A DNA stretch of 63,610 nt, the filler included, from Chiloscyllium plagiosum (Eukaryota), in the NCBI RefSeq assembly GCF_004010195.1. It is 4 parts of 2 records of this genome, joined end to end, with 100 filler letters (N's around TTAATTAATTAA, not from the genome) between each part and the next. Parts side by side here need not be neighbours in the genome. Positions count along the whole stretch, not along the records: positions 1 to 28,729 come from NC_057711.1; 3 more parts are not named here. One strand, given 5' to 3'. Numbering within the stretch: the stretch's first letter is position 1; every line of letters begins with the position of its first letter. Under the pieces are notes generated by a model that worked only from the letters and a program-made list of their open reading frames with translations, made no database searches and was not told the DNA's origin. A program made the position numbers and the translations under genes. This document shows, piece after piece, positions 13,501 to 27,270 of this stretch.

Positions 13501-15019
13501 AAATTCTTCCTGGAATTCTACACACTCTTCAGAAATAAGGGAAAGTAGAGCATTATGATTGTGAGGATTGGAATGTATGGAGAAAGATAGACTGTGGACT
13601 GAGAGCATTTGAGATGGATGACTGAGGATGTGTGCTAGGGTTGTTTGTTCAGCTGGAGATTTGAGGATATGCCTGAAAACAATGGAATGTATTGAATGGC
13701 ATAATATGTTACTCAGTGGAGTGCTGAATTTGAGAATGAAGGTGAAGTCAGGAAGGGATGGATGCTATCTTAAAATAGAATAATGCTCACCTTAGTAAGG
13801 GCAATAAGAAACTATCTGACTCTGTGTTCAGTTCACCACATTCTGGCTACTTCTGGTCGCACCCACTTTGTTTGGTTTACTGAATTCTTTTTAATTGTTT
13901 TGCACTATGAAGTGTTAATATGAATTTGTCAGTAAGATAGCCTACATCATCTTTGAGTGATCATGTAAGATCATGTGACTACTTGGTGATAGTTTTGTTT
14001 AGCAGCTTTATGGCAGAGATAAAGTCTGGATCTGTATTTACCATGTTTAAATAAAATATAATGTTTGCCTCTATCAAAGACTTCTGCAATCTTTACTGAA
14101 TCTTGCAAAGCAAAATTCTTAGGAAACATCACATCCCTTCTGGCCCTCACCATCTCCAACATGACCATCAGGGAAAACTCAAAGGACTAATCAGAGTAGC
14201 AGTATCCTTTCCACACCTTCCTTCCATTTCTCCATCTCCAATATATTTACAAACACATCTTCCTGACCCCGGCCATAGTCTCTTTAAACAGAGATCATTA
14301 ATTTACAGTTTACAGGAGCACATCACACTTGCATTCTGTCAGTGGTCAGGAAATCTGGAAGGAGGATGTTAATGCAATCCCTGAGTGAAAGAGATGTGTC
14401 AAAGCCCATGGACAGAGCGAATAGGTTGTGAACCCACTGCTGGTCTCCCCAATGGGTGTGAGTCTATGAAATTAACATTTACTCCAATAGGGCTAAATCC
14501 CTTTGCAGTCCCAAGAATTTGTTTTTCTTAAATTGACTCTTGGAATATTGGCATCACTGGGAGGACTGTTTCTCACTCCAAATTGCCCTCAAAGTGGTGA
14601 ATTGTCTTTTTAAACATTGGTAGTCTAATGTGCTCCCACAATAAAATTGGATAGAAATTTCTCTGATTTTGTTAAATTGCCATTGAAGGGGCGATATATG
14701 TATCCATGTCAGGACAGTGTGTGCATTTGCAGTAAGCTTGGAGGTAATACTATCTGAATGACCGGTCATCCTAATCTTCTAAATAATGGTGGTTTTGGAT
14801 TTTAGTGGTGCTGCTGATAGAAGATAGCTACAGACCAGAGGTTGCATCAATGCAGATGTTCCTCTGTCTCTACTTTCAGAGTTCAAACCTCCAAATGAAC
14901 TGAATCCATACATGTTCAACTCATAGCTCAAGTGGTCTGTACTACAATTGTACTGCATCTCACTAACATACAGATTAGGAAAAAAGTTTTTCTGTAAATA
15001 GAGTCTTACAGACTGAAAC

Positions 15020-15420
15020 AAACACTTTACTCCAACCAGTCCATGCCAAACATAATCTCAAACTAAACTAGTCCCACCTGCCTGCTCCTGGTCATACCCC
15101 ACCAAAATCATCCTATTCATGTACTTATCTAAGTGTCTTTTAAACATTGTAACTGTGCCCGCATCCACCATTTCCTCAAGAAATTCATTCCACAATCGAA
15201 CACCCTCTGTTTAAAAAAATTACCTCGCATGCCTTTTTTAAAATCTCTCAGCTTAAAGATATGCCCCCAAGTCTTGAAATTCCCCATCCCAGGGACAAGA
15301 GACCTACCAGTAACCTTATCTATACTCCTCATGATTTTATAAACCCCTGCAAGGTGACCTACTAATCTCCAGTGAAAAATGGTCCCAGCCAATCCAGCCT
15401 TTCTTCATAGCTCAAATTTT
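15020..15420 (-). mobile_element. CR1 3' fragment
   Basis: VYKIMRSIDKV, MRGNFFKQRV in ORF 15129-15392. Confidence 0.85.
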
Positions 15421-15683
15421 CATCTTGAACTTTATTAGATTTCAGTCAGAGGATTATGTACAGTTCAGGTTTTGTGTGCACCAAGATATTGAAGAAGGTG
15501 GAAGAAAAATATTTATAAAAATGATACCAAGCTGGTGCATCATAATGATCAGAAAATAGTAAAAGGTTGGGACTATTTTCTCGAGGAGAATGCTCAGAGA
15601 TAATCATAAAGAGGCCTTTAAAATTAGATGTGGCAAGCATATTTTAATGTGAGACCAAAGCAGTCATCACAATTATTAGCTAG

Positions 15684-15831
15684 GCAAAAGTGAGGACTGC
15701 AGATGCTGGAGATCAGACTCAAGTTTAGACTGGTGCTGGAAAAGCATAGCAGGTTAGGCAGCATCCGAGGAGCAAGAAAATTGATTCAAAAGCCCTTCAT
15801 CAGGAAGCCCTTCATTATCACTCATATCTTG
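15684..15831 (-). mobile_element. Short PLE-derived insertion (family A) with perfect 15-bp TSD
   Basis: acaattattagctag at 15669-15683 and 15832-15846; body is the reverse complement of the PLE terminal repeat. Confidence 0.8.
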
Positions 15832-15942
15832 ACAATTATTAGCTAGTCACACATAAAAGCAATGAAGCATTTCAAGGAAAGCTCACCCCCAAAAGTGGTC
15901 AAAATGCAGAATTAGCTAGTTGAGGCAAATAATATACTTACA

Positions 15943-16150
15943 TTGCTGGAAGAGCCGAGCAGGTCTGACAGCATCTGTGAAGAGAAATTAAAGTTAACGT
16001 TTCAGGGCCGGTGGCCCTTCCTCAGTCACCAGACCCAAAATGATAACTTTGCTGTCTCTGCACAGTTGCTGGCAGACCTGCTGAGCTTTTCCAGCAACTT
16101 TTGTTTTTGTTTCTGATTTACAGCATTGGCAGTCATTTGGTTTTTAATTT
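15943..16150. mobile_element. Fold-back PLE-derived element (family B)
   Basis: Inverted arms ttgctggaagagccgagcaggtctg...cagacctgctgagcttttccagcaa; same family as 22949-23163. Confidence 0.75.
15994..16025 (-). ncRNA. Minimal hammerhead ribozyme core (PLE type), probable relic
   Basis: Minus strand reads CUGAGGA-AGGGCC-acc-GGCCCU-GAAAC-GUU-aac. Core boxes and stem II are intact; the 5' strand of stem I appears lost. Confidence 0.6.
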
Positions 16151-18299
16151 AGATACATTTTGGGGGTTTCTAGACAAACAAATGTGAGAGAGGAGTGGTT
16201 GGATTGGTTAATAGGATGACATATAGATGAGTTGGGAGAGGCTCATGTGGAGCTGTAGAGATTCAGTTGTGCTGAATGGCCTGCTGTAGTGTTGTAATTC
16301 CAAGTAATGTGAGTAAAGGGAATCAGTTCATTATCCAAAAGCTTCATGCTAACTGCAAACCATAGCAGTTATTTTGCAGAAATAGTGGACTGAAAATAAG
16401 CCTTTTTTCTAAGAAATGCAATCTCTTTTTCTCAGCATTTCCTCTCCTAGTCGCTTTAACTGACTGTCAAACATCAAGTGATTTGCTGAAAATCTAGTGA
16501 TGAGTGAATGTGCTCAGCACATTGAATTACAGGAATGGTTTTCTCTTTATGTTCAAAATGACTCAAGCTGCTTCACTGCTTAAAATAGCAATTTTATTTC
16601 AATGTCAGGCCAAGTGCTCCATTCAAGCCCTTAAATTTGCTTTATTCTGACAGCTGAGGTGAAAGGTTGTGACAATGGTGAGGGCTTTTAGATGAATATG
16701 CTGTGTGCGTAAAATCAGCAGAAAGGTATTAAAACTGCATGGTTCATATGTTGCTGTTTGGAGCTGTTCGGTCTTTGGTAACTGAACTTATTTCATATCC
16801 TTCGGCATCAATATTATCTTTCAAGACTGACTTGTTAAAATAATACTGTTGCTGTTACGCAGCCTTTGTGTTGCAAAGAAATACTCTATTTTATCATCAA
16901 ATCATCTCATCTTTCACTCTCGATGTTACTGGCTGGGATCTTGGCTTTGTGATAACCTACCCCAATGGCTAAGTCTTTGAGTATGAACAAGGATTATGTC
17001 AGATTCTCCCTATCACACCAAGCAGGCAAAACACACACAGAAAAGAGATACTTCTAAAGCTGTTTACCCCGACAGTGGGAGTCAGTGGACCGTTTTTGAA
17101 GCTTTTTAAGAGCTGTGATGTTTACTTTTTGTGAATGTCAGCCAATGATGGTGAATAATTCATGTAAACCTACAAGTTGTACCTGACTAAAGCTCTTTCA
17201 GTGAGTGGTTCACCATTTTGTTTTTGAAGATTTGCCTGGTGATCAATTTCTTGCATAGCTTCGCAAGCATAAATGGCATTGTTACTGACTGTAACTGGCC
17301 CCACTTGGTGGAAGCCAGGCTTGGGACCAGGTGAAGGCAGGCAAAGAGCCAAACCAAAGGCACACATGAACCTTTCTAAAAATTATAAGTCGAGTTTTTG
17401 TGAATGATTGAGAGTTTAATGAACTCACTCTGGTAACATATAATGAATGGACTTTAACACAAAATACAGAGCAAAGGAAACGTTTTTTTCATGAACCCTT
17501 TTATGGAAGCTAAAGAGACCTGGATTTTGCAATGTATTATCATTATTCCTATACTAAAGTATTCATAACTGTGTCATCCGTTTGTTATTTTAGACTGTAC
17601 TTTTGTTGTTATGATCAGCTGTAACAATGCTATGATTTCTGATCACTTGTTTAATTTGTATTACCACCAAAATTTGGCGATTACTGGCATGATGAACAAA
17701 TTATCTATCTCATCTTATCTAAGACCACCTCCTGACCAGCTGATCCCATAGTGACCTAGCACTTCAGAGGCCCACAAGACAAAATAAATACAGAGCAGAT
17801 GTGATTGTGTCATTCTGACCTTATTACCAATTCCAAGTTGAGGCCTGACTCAGGGAAGTGAAACCTTATTGTGTGATGGGGATAACATTACCTTCCCATC
17901 CAGCAAAGCCTGACAGGAGGCTGATCCTAGGCCCAGGCAAAAGTCAGTTTTTAGCTACAGTCTCATGTCTCAATTTCCACCACTGCACATTACCAGCTCT
18001 ATTCTTTCTTTTTTTATTTGTAAGATTGTTCTCTCCTGAGTACACCTCATTACGCATCTTTTTTTGGATGTTTTTCCCACTTATCCCTTGCTAGTACAGT
18101 TCTGTCTTTTCCCAGTTCTGAAAGAAGGCCATGATCAGAAACATTATTTTTCCTCTCCTCAAATGCTGCTAGACCTGCTGAACATTTTTGTCATGTCATT
18201 TTCTTTTCAGATTTGTAGCATCCCACAGCATGTTGTTTTCTGACCAGCTAGTTGACTGTGCTTGATCTCAGGCAGCACTGCCACTTTCCTTTAGCTAAA

Positions 18300-19345
18300 A
18301 AATTGGCTAGCTGAAAAAAGACAGAGGGTGGTGATTAATGGGAAATGTTCACCCTGGAGTACAGTTACAAATAGAATACTGCAAGAATCTGTATTGGGGA
18401 CACTGCCGTGTGTAATTTTTTATAAATGACCGAAATGAGGGCATAGAAGAATGGATTAGTAAATTTGCAGATGCCACTAAGGTCGGTGGAGTTGTGGATA
18501 GTGCTGAAGTATGTTGCAGGTTACAGAAGGACATAGATTAGCCACAGAGCTGGAGTTTAATGCGGAAAAGTGTGAGGTGATTCACTTTGGAAGGAGTAAC
18601 AGGAATAAAGAGTACTGGGCATGATGGTAAGATTCTTGGTAGTGTAGTTGAGCAGAGAGATCTCGGTGTCCATGCACATAGATCCTTGAAAGTTGCCACC
18701 CAGGTTGATAGGGTTGTTAAGAAGGCATAGGGTTGTTAAGAAGCTTTTAATGTTGGAGAGATTGAGCTTTGGAGCCACAAAGTCATGCTGCAGCTGTACA
18801 AAACTCTGGTGCAGCTGCACTTGGAGTATTGTATCCAGTTCTGGTCACCGCATTATGGGAAGAATGTGGAAGCTTTGGAAAGGTTTCAGAAGAGATTTAC
18901 TAGGATGTTGCCTGGTATGGAGTGAAGGTCTTATGAAGAAAGGCTGAGGGATTTGAGGCAGCTTTCATTAAAAAGAAGGTTGAGAGGTGACTTAATTGAG
19001 ACATATAAGAAAATCAGAGGGTTAGATAGAGTGGACAGTGAGAGCCTTTTTCCTCAAATGGTGATGGCTAGCACGAGGGGACATAGCTATAAATTGAGGG
19101 GTAATAGATAGAGCACAGATTTCAGCAGTAACTTCTTTACTCAGAAAGTAGTAGGGGCATGGAATGTACTGCCTGCAACAGTAGTAGACTGGCCAAGTTT
19201 AAGTGCATTTAAATGGTCATCGAATAAACATTTAGACGAGACTGGAATAGAGTAGGTTAGATGGGCTTCAGATTGGTTCCACAGGTTAGCACAACATTGA
19301 GGGCCGAAGGACCTGTACTACGCTATAATGTTCTATGTTCTATTA
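18300..19345 (+). mobile_element. CR1 LINE 3' fragment
   Basis: Encodes KFADATKVGGVVDS and LEYCIQFWSPHY; tail ataatgttctatgttcta. Confidence 0.9.
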
Positions 19346-19602
19346 AGGCCCTGATTTCAAAATCTCTGATTAACTGTAAAAAAAAACTTGTAATTCATAT
19401 ATGTCGACACAGCAAGGAAACAGCATTGGTGGCATTGAGCTATCCAACATGTTGGAGACAAGATGTGTTCCGAGCAGCGGTGGCAGAGCAAAGTGAATTT
19501 GGGACCAGTGCGGACTTATGGTGGCAGCGGTGTTGGTTGAGGCAAGATGGCGCTGAAGATTGGTGACTTTGTTCCAGCGTTGAAAACATGACGAAGGGAC
19601 TC

Positions 19603-20118
19603 AGTGGCATGGCACAATGGCTCAGTGATTAGCATATTGCCTCACAGCGCCAGGGACATGGGCTCGATTCCAGCCTCAGGTGACTTGTCTGTTTAGAGTT
19701 TGCATGTTCTACCTTGTCTGCATGAATTTCCTCTGGGTTCTCCGGTTTCATCCCAGAATCCAAAGATGTGCAGGTTAGGTGAATTGGCCATGCTAAATTG
19801 ACCGTAGTGTTCAGGGATATGGAGGTTAGTTGCCTTAGTCAGACGTAAATGTAGACTAGAGTAGCGGGAGAGTCGACGTTTCGAGTTGCTCGAAACATCT
19901 ATTCTCCTGCTCCTCGGATGCTGCATGACCTGCTGTGTTTTTCCAACACCATGCTTTTCGACTCTGATCTCCAGCATCTGCAGTCCTCACTTTCTCTGAA
20001 ATGTAGGATAATAGGATAGGGGAATGGGTCGGGGTGGGTTACTTTTTTGAAGGTTGGTTTGGACTTGTTGGACCGAAGGACATGTTTCCACACTGTAGGG
20101 ATTCTTTGATTCTATGAC
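19603..20118 (+). mobile_element. HE1-type SINE interrupted by a PLE-derived insertion
   Basis: tRNA-like head tggctcagtgattagca...gggctcgattcc, V-domain and HE1 tail; insert 19855-19998 is flanked by aaatgtag (19847-19854, 19999-20006). Confidence 0.85.
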
Positions 20119-20764
20119 TTGAAGCTGGTCAACTGCTTCATGCTGGTGTTGGACTCAGCATTATGGTGAAAGAGCCCAGGCCCATGGCTCATTCCTGAAA
20201 TGTTGTTTCTCTTGCTCCTTGGATGCTGCCTGACCTGCTGTGCCTTTACTGCATCACACTCTCGATATTTAACAAGAAGACTGTAATATTGAACTTTTAC
20301 CTGTATTTCTTTATTCCTCTACCTTTATAATTCTATGCCATGGTTTATTTCTGGGTTTTAAGGTGGTGCCAGAGAATGACAACATTATGCAACACTTTTC
20401 ACTGTATTTGTAATGTGTAACAAGTGACAATACATAAATCAATCTTGTTTCATAAACTTTCATTTTACACCTCTAGGGTCGTTTTGACAGAATTAATTAA
20501 CCTTCATCCATGGACAACAGGTCAAGAAGTGGGATATGAACCCAGTCTCTGGCTCTGAGGTGGAAGGCACTATCTACTATGCTATAAGATTTACTATAAT
20601 TGAAAGGAGCTCTGCAATTTCTGCCAACTTCCAAAAGAGGGAAAATAAGATTAGAGTTCAAGTAAAAGCTCTATTCTGCTTAACATATCTTGCACCAGAA
20701 GATCAGAAAGAATTGTCAAAACTGAAAAGTCTACAATGACAGTGATTGGAATTTCCTTTGACTG

Positions 20765-21062
20765 ATTAGATTAGATTCCTAACAATGTGGAAACAGGCCA
20801 GTTGGCCCAACAAGTCCACACCAACTCTCTGAAGAGTAACCCACCCCTGCTACATTTTCCCCTGACTAATGCACCTACTACTATGGGCAATTTAGCATGG
20901 CCAATTCACTGACAGGCACATCTTTGGACTGTGGGAGGAAACCCATGCAGACACGGGGAGAATGTGCAATCTCCACACAGACAGTCACTCAAGGTGGGAA
21001 TTGAACCCAGGTCCCTGGTGCTGTAAGGCAGTAGTGCTAACCACTGAGCCAATACGCCACCT
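20765..21062 (-). mobile_element. HE1-type SINE
   Basis: Reverse complement of the 36232-36546 copy, including the (aatct)n tail. Confidence 0.9.
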
Positions 21063-22000
21063 TGATTGACACAGAGTCCTCACTTGCATGAGTAAGTAAT
21101 CCATTGTTTTCAGAACAGCATATCAGCTTTTAGGTACTGAGGTGTCAGAGGAGTGTACCTGCAATTCTTCATCGGTTAGAGTTCATCATTGGGGTAAAGC
21201 CCTGGAAGTAAGGACATTAGGAGCTTTGATGGGGAAAAGTCATCAAGATGACCTTGCTATTCAAATGCTCCAACTTTCAGGTGCAGTAATTGTCAGCAAT
21301 TGCATGGGTGATCCAAAACATAAGTTGAACTACTTTAACCTTATAATGATCCCATGCTCTCCATTCAGCTTGGAACCTCATCAGATGGTCATGCAGGTCA
21401 GGAATGTGGTAGCTCCACTGTGTCTGACTCACTGTAAGATTGAAGGAAGATTGAGCATCTCTAAGATCATTAGACAAGCTGTCGGAAAAACACCTACTTT
21501 TCTGTTTTCGCACTTTATAACCTTCAGGATTCAGCATTGAGTTCGACAAATTCAGATCATGCCCTCTATTGTCCATTTTGATTTATCTTCTCCCACCCAC
21601 TCAGTATCTGTTTGCATGGGTGTGCTCTCAGTGGAGCTGACCCATTTTCTGGTATTGACAGCTACTATTGATATGTACTTCTCCTCTATATCTCGTCTCT
21701 ACCACCGTTAGCACATCTTTGCCGTTTGCTCTGGTTACCATTCTCATTTCTTCTACTTGCTCTTCCCCGCTTCTTAAAAACTTAAAAAACACAAAAATAT
21801 TATGGCTCCCTTCAATTCAAAATAAGAGTAATTTTAGACTCAAAACATTAATGCTGTTCCTCCCTCCTCAAATGTTGCCAGATCTGCTGAGTTTCTCCAA
21901 GTTTTGTGTTTTTATTTCAGATTGCCAGTACCCACAGTAATTTGCTTTATCAATAAATAAGGTAATTAGCGAGTTTTGAGTTTGACGTTCTGGAGGCTCA

Positions 22001-22076
22001 CTGAAGATGTTATCTAGCATGGTGATGAAACATCTGAAAATGAACCTTGCAGCTCAGCGAGCAAACCTACATCCAG
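22001..22076 (+). mobile_element. PLE terminal-repeat relic with hammerhead-like core (separate family)
   Basis: CTGAAGA-tgttatc-tagcat-ggtgat-GAAAC-ATC. Confidence 0.5.
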
Positions 22077-22409
22077 AAGTAAAGTAAATTAGCGAAAGGC
22101 TGAATCATCATCAGTGTAATTTTTTAAAACTGTGATATTTATAATAAATTTTTTTTTATAAAATGCCTTCTCTCAAATGTAACAAACTGGTTGAAAGAGA
22201 AAAATAAAGTTGAATCAGCTGAAAATTTGAAAAAAGATATGAAATACCTGAAGCACAAAGCAAGCTCCAATATAACAAAAAACAAATAGGAAATGTTTGC
22301 CCCCATTCTAGATAGAAATCTTTCTTTTGGAGCAGTTGAGAGTTCAGGGATTTATTTATGATATTTATAGATTTGACTACATTTTACACTGTGAAAATTG
22401 GAAATGTAC

Positions 22410-23355
22410 CAAACTATAAGTACTCCTGAAGCAGTAACATTACCAGTCATATCTTGAGTCAGACCTCTACCTGTATTCACTAATGCAGTACCTCGATGTT
22501 ATATACTGACAGATTCTTACCCAACCAGTACTATACCCCAATGTTATGCAGTGACAGTCCTGTATTCACTAGTACTGCACTTCAGTGTCATACAATGTCA
22601 GACCTTGTCCAGCCAGTACGGTACCCCAATGTTATACTGTGTCATTCCTATATGTACTAGTACTCCATCCCAATATGATATAGGGTCAGACCTGTGCCCA
22701 ATCAGTACTGCATCCTAATATTTTACTGTGACAGTTCTGTGTTCTAGTGGTGCACAATGACAGGCCTGTACCCCACTAGTCATTATTGCTGTGTCATATA
22801 GTGACAGACCTATTTTAACTAAAATGTTATAATTGTTACAAAATGCCAGATTTGTATGCAACAGTACTGTACCCATGTTATCTAGTGACAAATCTATCTG
22901 CTGTCAGTACTGCACCCCAATACCATACAGCAACAAATATGTATTCACAAATATCAAAAACAGAAATTGTTGGAAAAGCTGAGCAGGTCTGGTAACATCT
23001 ATGGAGAGAAATCAGAGTTAACCTTTGGGGTCCAGTCACCCTTCAGAACTGGACCCGAAATGTTAACTCTGATCTCTGTCCACAGATGTTGCCAGGCTTG
23101 CTGAGCTTTTCCAGCAATTTCTGTTTTTATTTTTGATTTCCAGCATCCACAGTTCTTTCGGTTTGTATTCACTAGTAGCTACCACAGTGTTTATAGTTAC
23201 ATGCCTGAACTGACCCAGAACGGTGCTGCAGTGTAATTTAGAGACTGGCTTATCTCAACTAGTATATGATGCCATTGTTACATAGTGTCAAGCCTCTACC
23301 CACTAACTACCCACTATTATATAGTGACGGATCTATCCTAAACAGTACACCAACA
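22410..23355. repeat. Degenerate 45-bp minisatellite
   Basis: Unit approximates gacagacctgtaccccactagtactgtaccccagtgttatacagt; tgttat recurs at 22497 and 22542. Confidence 0.8.
22949..23163. mobile_element. Fold-back PLE-derived element (family B) with 9-bp TSD
   Basis: Roughly 80-bp inverted arms; tgtattcac at 22940-22948 and 23164-23172. Confidence 0.8.
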
Positions 23356-23399
23356 TGAGTGGGTCTGGCAGAGATGTTGTTGGTGAGCCAGTTCAGGGC

Positions 23400-26290
23400 T
23401 CCTGATGGAGGCAGCAGAACAGAAATGGATTTTCTTTCAGCTTGGGCATTCAATAGGATCATGGCTGATCCGAAATTCCTCACATCCACTTTTCTGCCTT
23501 TTCCCACAGCCCTTGAGTCCCTTTACTGCCCAAGAATCTGTCTATCTCAGTTTTAAATGTACTGTCAAGGACTTTGCCTCCACAACTCTCTGTGGCATCC
23601 TTTAATTCTAAGACTACGCCCTCTGGTCCTAGACTCTCCCATGAGGACAGACATCCTCTCAGTATTTATCTTCTCAAGTCCCCTTAAGAATCCTATATAT
23701 TTCAATGAGATTACCTCTCATTATTCTAAAATCCAATGAGTAGAGTCTCAAAATGTTAACATTTGCTTATGAAACAATCCCTCCAGGGAGACGAAATCCC
23801 AGTGACTATTTCCGATCTGCATCTGATGAAATAATTTATTTTCTTTTAATAAAGGAACCAAACTGCTCACTGTACTCCAGATGTATCCTCACCAGCTACT
23901 GTACAATCACAGTTAGGCCTCCTTACTCTAATTCCCTTTAAAATAAAGGCCAACATTCCTTTAGCCTACCTGATTACCAACTGCACCTGTGTGCTATCTT
24001 TCTGTGTTTCGTGTGCAAGTACCCCCAAGTCCCTCAGTGTTGCAGCTTTTTGCAGTTTTTCTCTATTTAAATAATATTCTGTTTTTTAGTTCTACCTTCC
24101 AAGAATAACAACTTAACATTTTCCCATATTATACTCCAATTATCAACTTGTTGCCCCACTTACTTAAAGTGTCACTAGTTCTCTGTGAAGTATTTGCATT
24201 ACTCTCACAACCTGCCTTTCCAACTGCAAATTTGGCTCCAGTGCATTTACTTCCTTCCTCCAAGTCATTCATGTATATTGAAAACAGTTATGGTCCTAAC
24301 ACTGATCCCTGTGGAACCCCACTGGTCACGGGCCGCCAACCTTAAAAAAGAACCTCTTGTACCTCAATGCCCATTAGCCAGTTCTCTACCCACATCGATA
24401 TACCTCTAAGAGCTCTTATCTTCTGACTTAACTTTTTTGTTGAATATCTCCTGGAAGTTCAAATACAACAGTGCTACTGGCTCCCCTCTACTCACTCTTG
24501 TTGATAATTTCTCAAAGAAAATAATCAGATACAATTTTCCTTTCATGATGCCATGCTTACTCTGCTTGATTAGATTATTGATTTTCCAAAAGTGCTACTA
24601 TTACTTCCTTAATAATTGATTCCAACACTTTTCCAATAATAGTTATTAGGTTACTCAACCTCTTTCTCTTTTTGAAATTGAGTGGCACATTGGCAGTTTT
24701 CCAACCTTCCAGTACATCTCTAAAATCCAGCAATTTTTGGAAAATTACAACAAATGCGTCCACTATTTCTGTAACTACCTCTTTTCGCGGATCTCAGGAT
24801 GCAAGCCATGAAGATCAGGGGACTTATCCACCTTTAGCCTCATTAGTTTGTCTTTTATTACTTCTCTAGTGATGGTGATGGTACGTAATTTCTCTGTGTA
24901 CGCTTTGGTATTAATAGAAGTTTGAAGTATCTTCCACTGTAAAGACTAATGCAAAATATTTGTTTTACTCCTTGTCATTTCCTTATTCACCACAACTGTC
25001 TTTCTCGATTCATTTTCTAAGGGGTCTATGTTCACTTTGACCTCTCTCTTCCTTTTTATATTTATAAAGAAGCTCTTATTGTCAGTTTTTATGCTCCTTA
25101 CTAGTTTATTTTCTCTGTCTTTATTACCTTTTCAATCCTTTTTTTCCTGGATACTGAATTTTTCCCACTCTCCAGGGTTATCATTGACTTTTGCCTCCTT
25201 ATATGCTTTTTCTTTGAAATTATTACTTTTCTTAACTTCCTTGGGTAGCCATAGTTGGTTTATCCCTCTCAGAATCTTTTCTTCCGACTGGGATCTATTT
25301 TTGCTGATAGTCATGAATTATCTCCTTAAATGTCTGCTTCTACTTGCTTATTGCCCAAAACGTCGATTTTCCTGCTCCTTGGATGCTGCCTGCACCACTT
25401 TAATCCAGACTTCAACTTGCTTACTGTCAGTCCTGCTAATCTATCCACCAACTTCACTTTAGCCAAACCGTTCATCTGTACTTCCCTTTATTTAAATTAC
25501 ACACAGTTATTTCTGTCCCAGGTTTCTCAGTCTCAAACTGAATATTAAATTCTATTATTTTATGGTCACTATTTCGAGGAGATCTTTGACTCTCTGGTTA
25601 TTTATTAAATCTGCCTTATTGCCTTTTGCTAGATCCAAGATAGCCTGCTCCCTGGTTGTCTCTTTGATGTATTGCTCTGGAGACCATCCTTCATTCACTG
25701 TATGAATTAGCTGCTGTAGCTACCATTTCCAATATGATTAACCCAATCAAAATGAAGATTAAAGACAACTGTAAGTATTGTTTCATTTTTTCTTCATGAT
25801 CCTATATTTGGTGATTTGTAGCCTTTCCTATGGAGCAACCACTGTTTGGAGGTCTGTACAATATACTTACTATAGCATTTGTTCCCTTGCTGTTTCCTCA
25901 CATTCGTCCAAGAGGATTCGGCATCGTCTGAACCTAGATCATCTCTCACAACTGTCCTCATTTCATCTTTTCTATCCTTCCTGTCTTTCTGAAATGTCAA
26001 ACATCCCTGGCTGTTAAGTTTTGATCTCCTTGTCACCATATTTCCTTAATGGCTATGATATCACATTTGGACTATCAGTTTGTCTACCTTATTCTGAATG
26101 TTTCGTGTATTCTGATACAAAGCCTTGAAGTTTATTCTGATGCCAAATTTCCTTACATCTTTATGTTTCCTTGATGCAATAGGACATTCACACATTGTGC
26201 CCCTTCCTTTTATTTTCTGGTAACAATCAGCCCCATCACTAATCTGCAATCATACCTTTTCCTGTATCTTTGATTTTCTAATTTTCCACG
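23400..26290 (-). mobile_element. Long degenerate CR1 LINE (endonuclease start through 3' end)
   Basis: ALYQNTRNIQNKVDKL (APE N-terminus, ORF 26061-26249), EGWKTANVPLNFKK and GKVLESIIK (ORF 24575-24763), reverse complement of a [14 protein letters not shown] motif near 24300. Confidence 0.85.
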
Positions 26291-26339
26291 TTTCCGAACA
26301 ACCAGGCAACTGCCAAAAAAAAAAATTCAAGAAAGGATT

Positions 26340-27270
26340 TGCTAAATTTCTAGGTGTTAAAGGAATCAAGGAGTGTGGAGAGAAATGGGAAATTACATTG
26401 AGATAGAGGATTATCTATGATCATATTGAACAATAGAGCAGGTTCCAAGGGTGAAATGTCTAATTCCTGCTCCTAGTTTCTATGTGTCTATGTCAATGTT
26501 TCTATATAGTAGATCAAATTTAATGTAGAGATGTGTAGAGTAATGCATTTTGGAAGTAAAAATGGAAAAGGCAATAGAAAACAAAAAGGGTATAATTCTA
26601 CAGTAGTGTAGCATTAGACGTTCCTGACATTTACATTAATCATTGAAAGGGCTAGGCATGGTTCAAAAGGACTATAACATCCTTAACTTTATTAACAAAA
26701 GCATAGAATACAAAGGGCAAGAATTTTACAGGTGAACCTTTACACAAAATCACCTACTTAGCTGCAATTATAATAGTGCAAAATCCGTAGCACCACAGTT
26801 TAGACAAATATGGAGTCATTTGTGAAGGTGCAGAAAACATTTATCAGCATAATTTCAGGGATGAACCACTTCAGTTATGTAACTTGCTCTGAGTAACTGG
26901 TGTGGTTCTCCTTAGGTAAGAGAAATTTGAGAGAAGATTTGATAGAGCTGTTTCAAATCTTGAGAGGGTTGGACAGAGTAGATAGGAAGAAACTATTCCA
27001 TTGACAGAGGAATTGAGAACAACAGAACACCAAAGCCAATAGACAAAGAACCAAAGATGATTTGAGGAGAAACACTTTTACACAGTGAGGATCTGGAATT
27101 CTAGATTCATTTGTAGCTTTCAAAAGAGATTTGGATTGTTTTCTGGAGAAGAATACATTTCTGTACTATGCAGAAACGAAAGGAGAGAGGCACTAGCAGA
27201 ATTGCTCTTGCAGAGATCAGACAAGGACATAGAAGAGTGAATGGCCTCTTTCTATCATGTCGCCATTCTA
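26340..27270 (+). mobile_element. Two adjacent old CR1 3' fragments
   Basis: Tail ttctatgtgtctatgt near 26480; then KFNVEMCRVMHFG-like and DLIELFQIL-like remnants. Confidence 0.65.
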
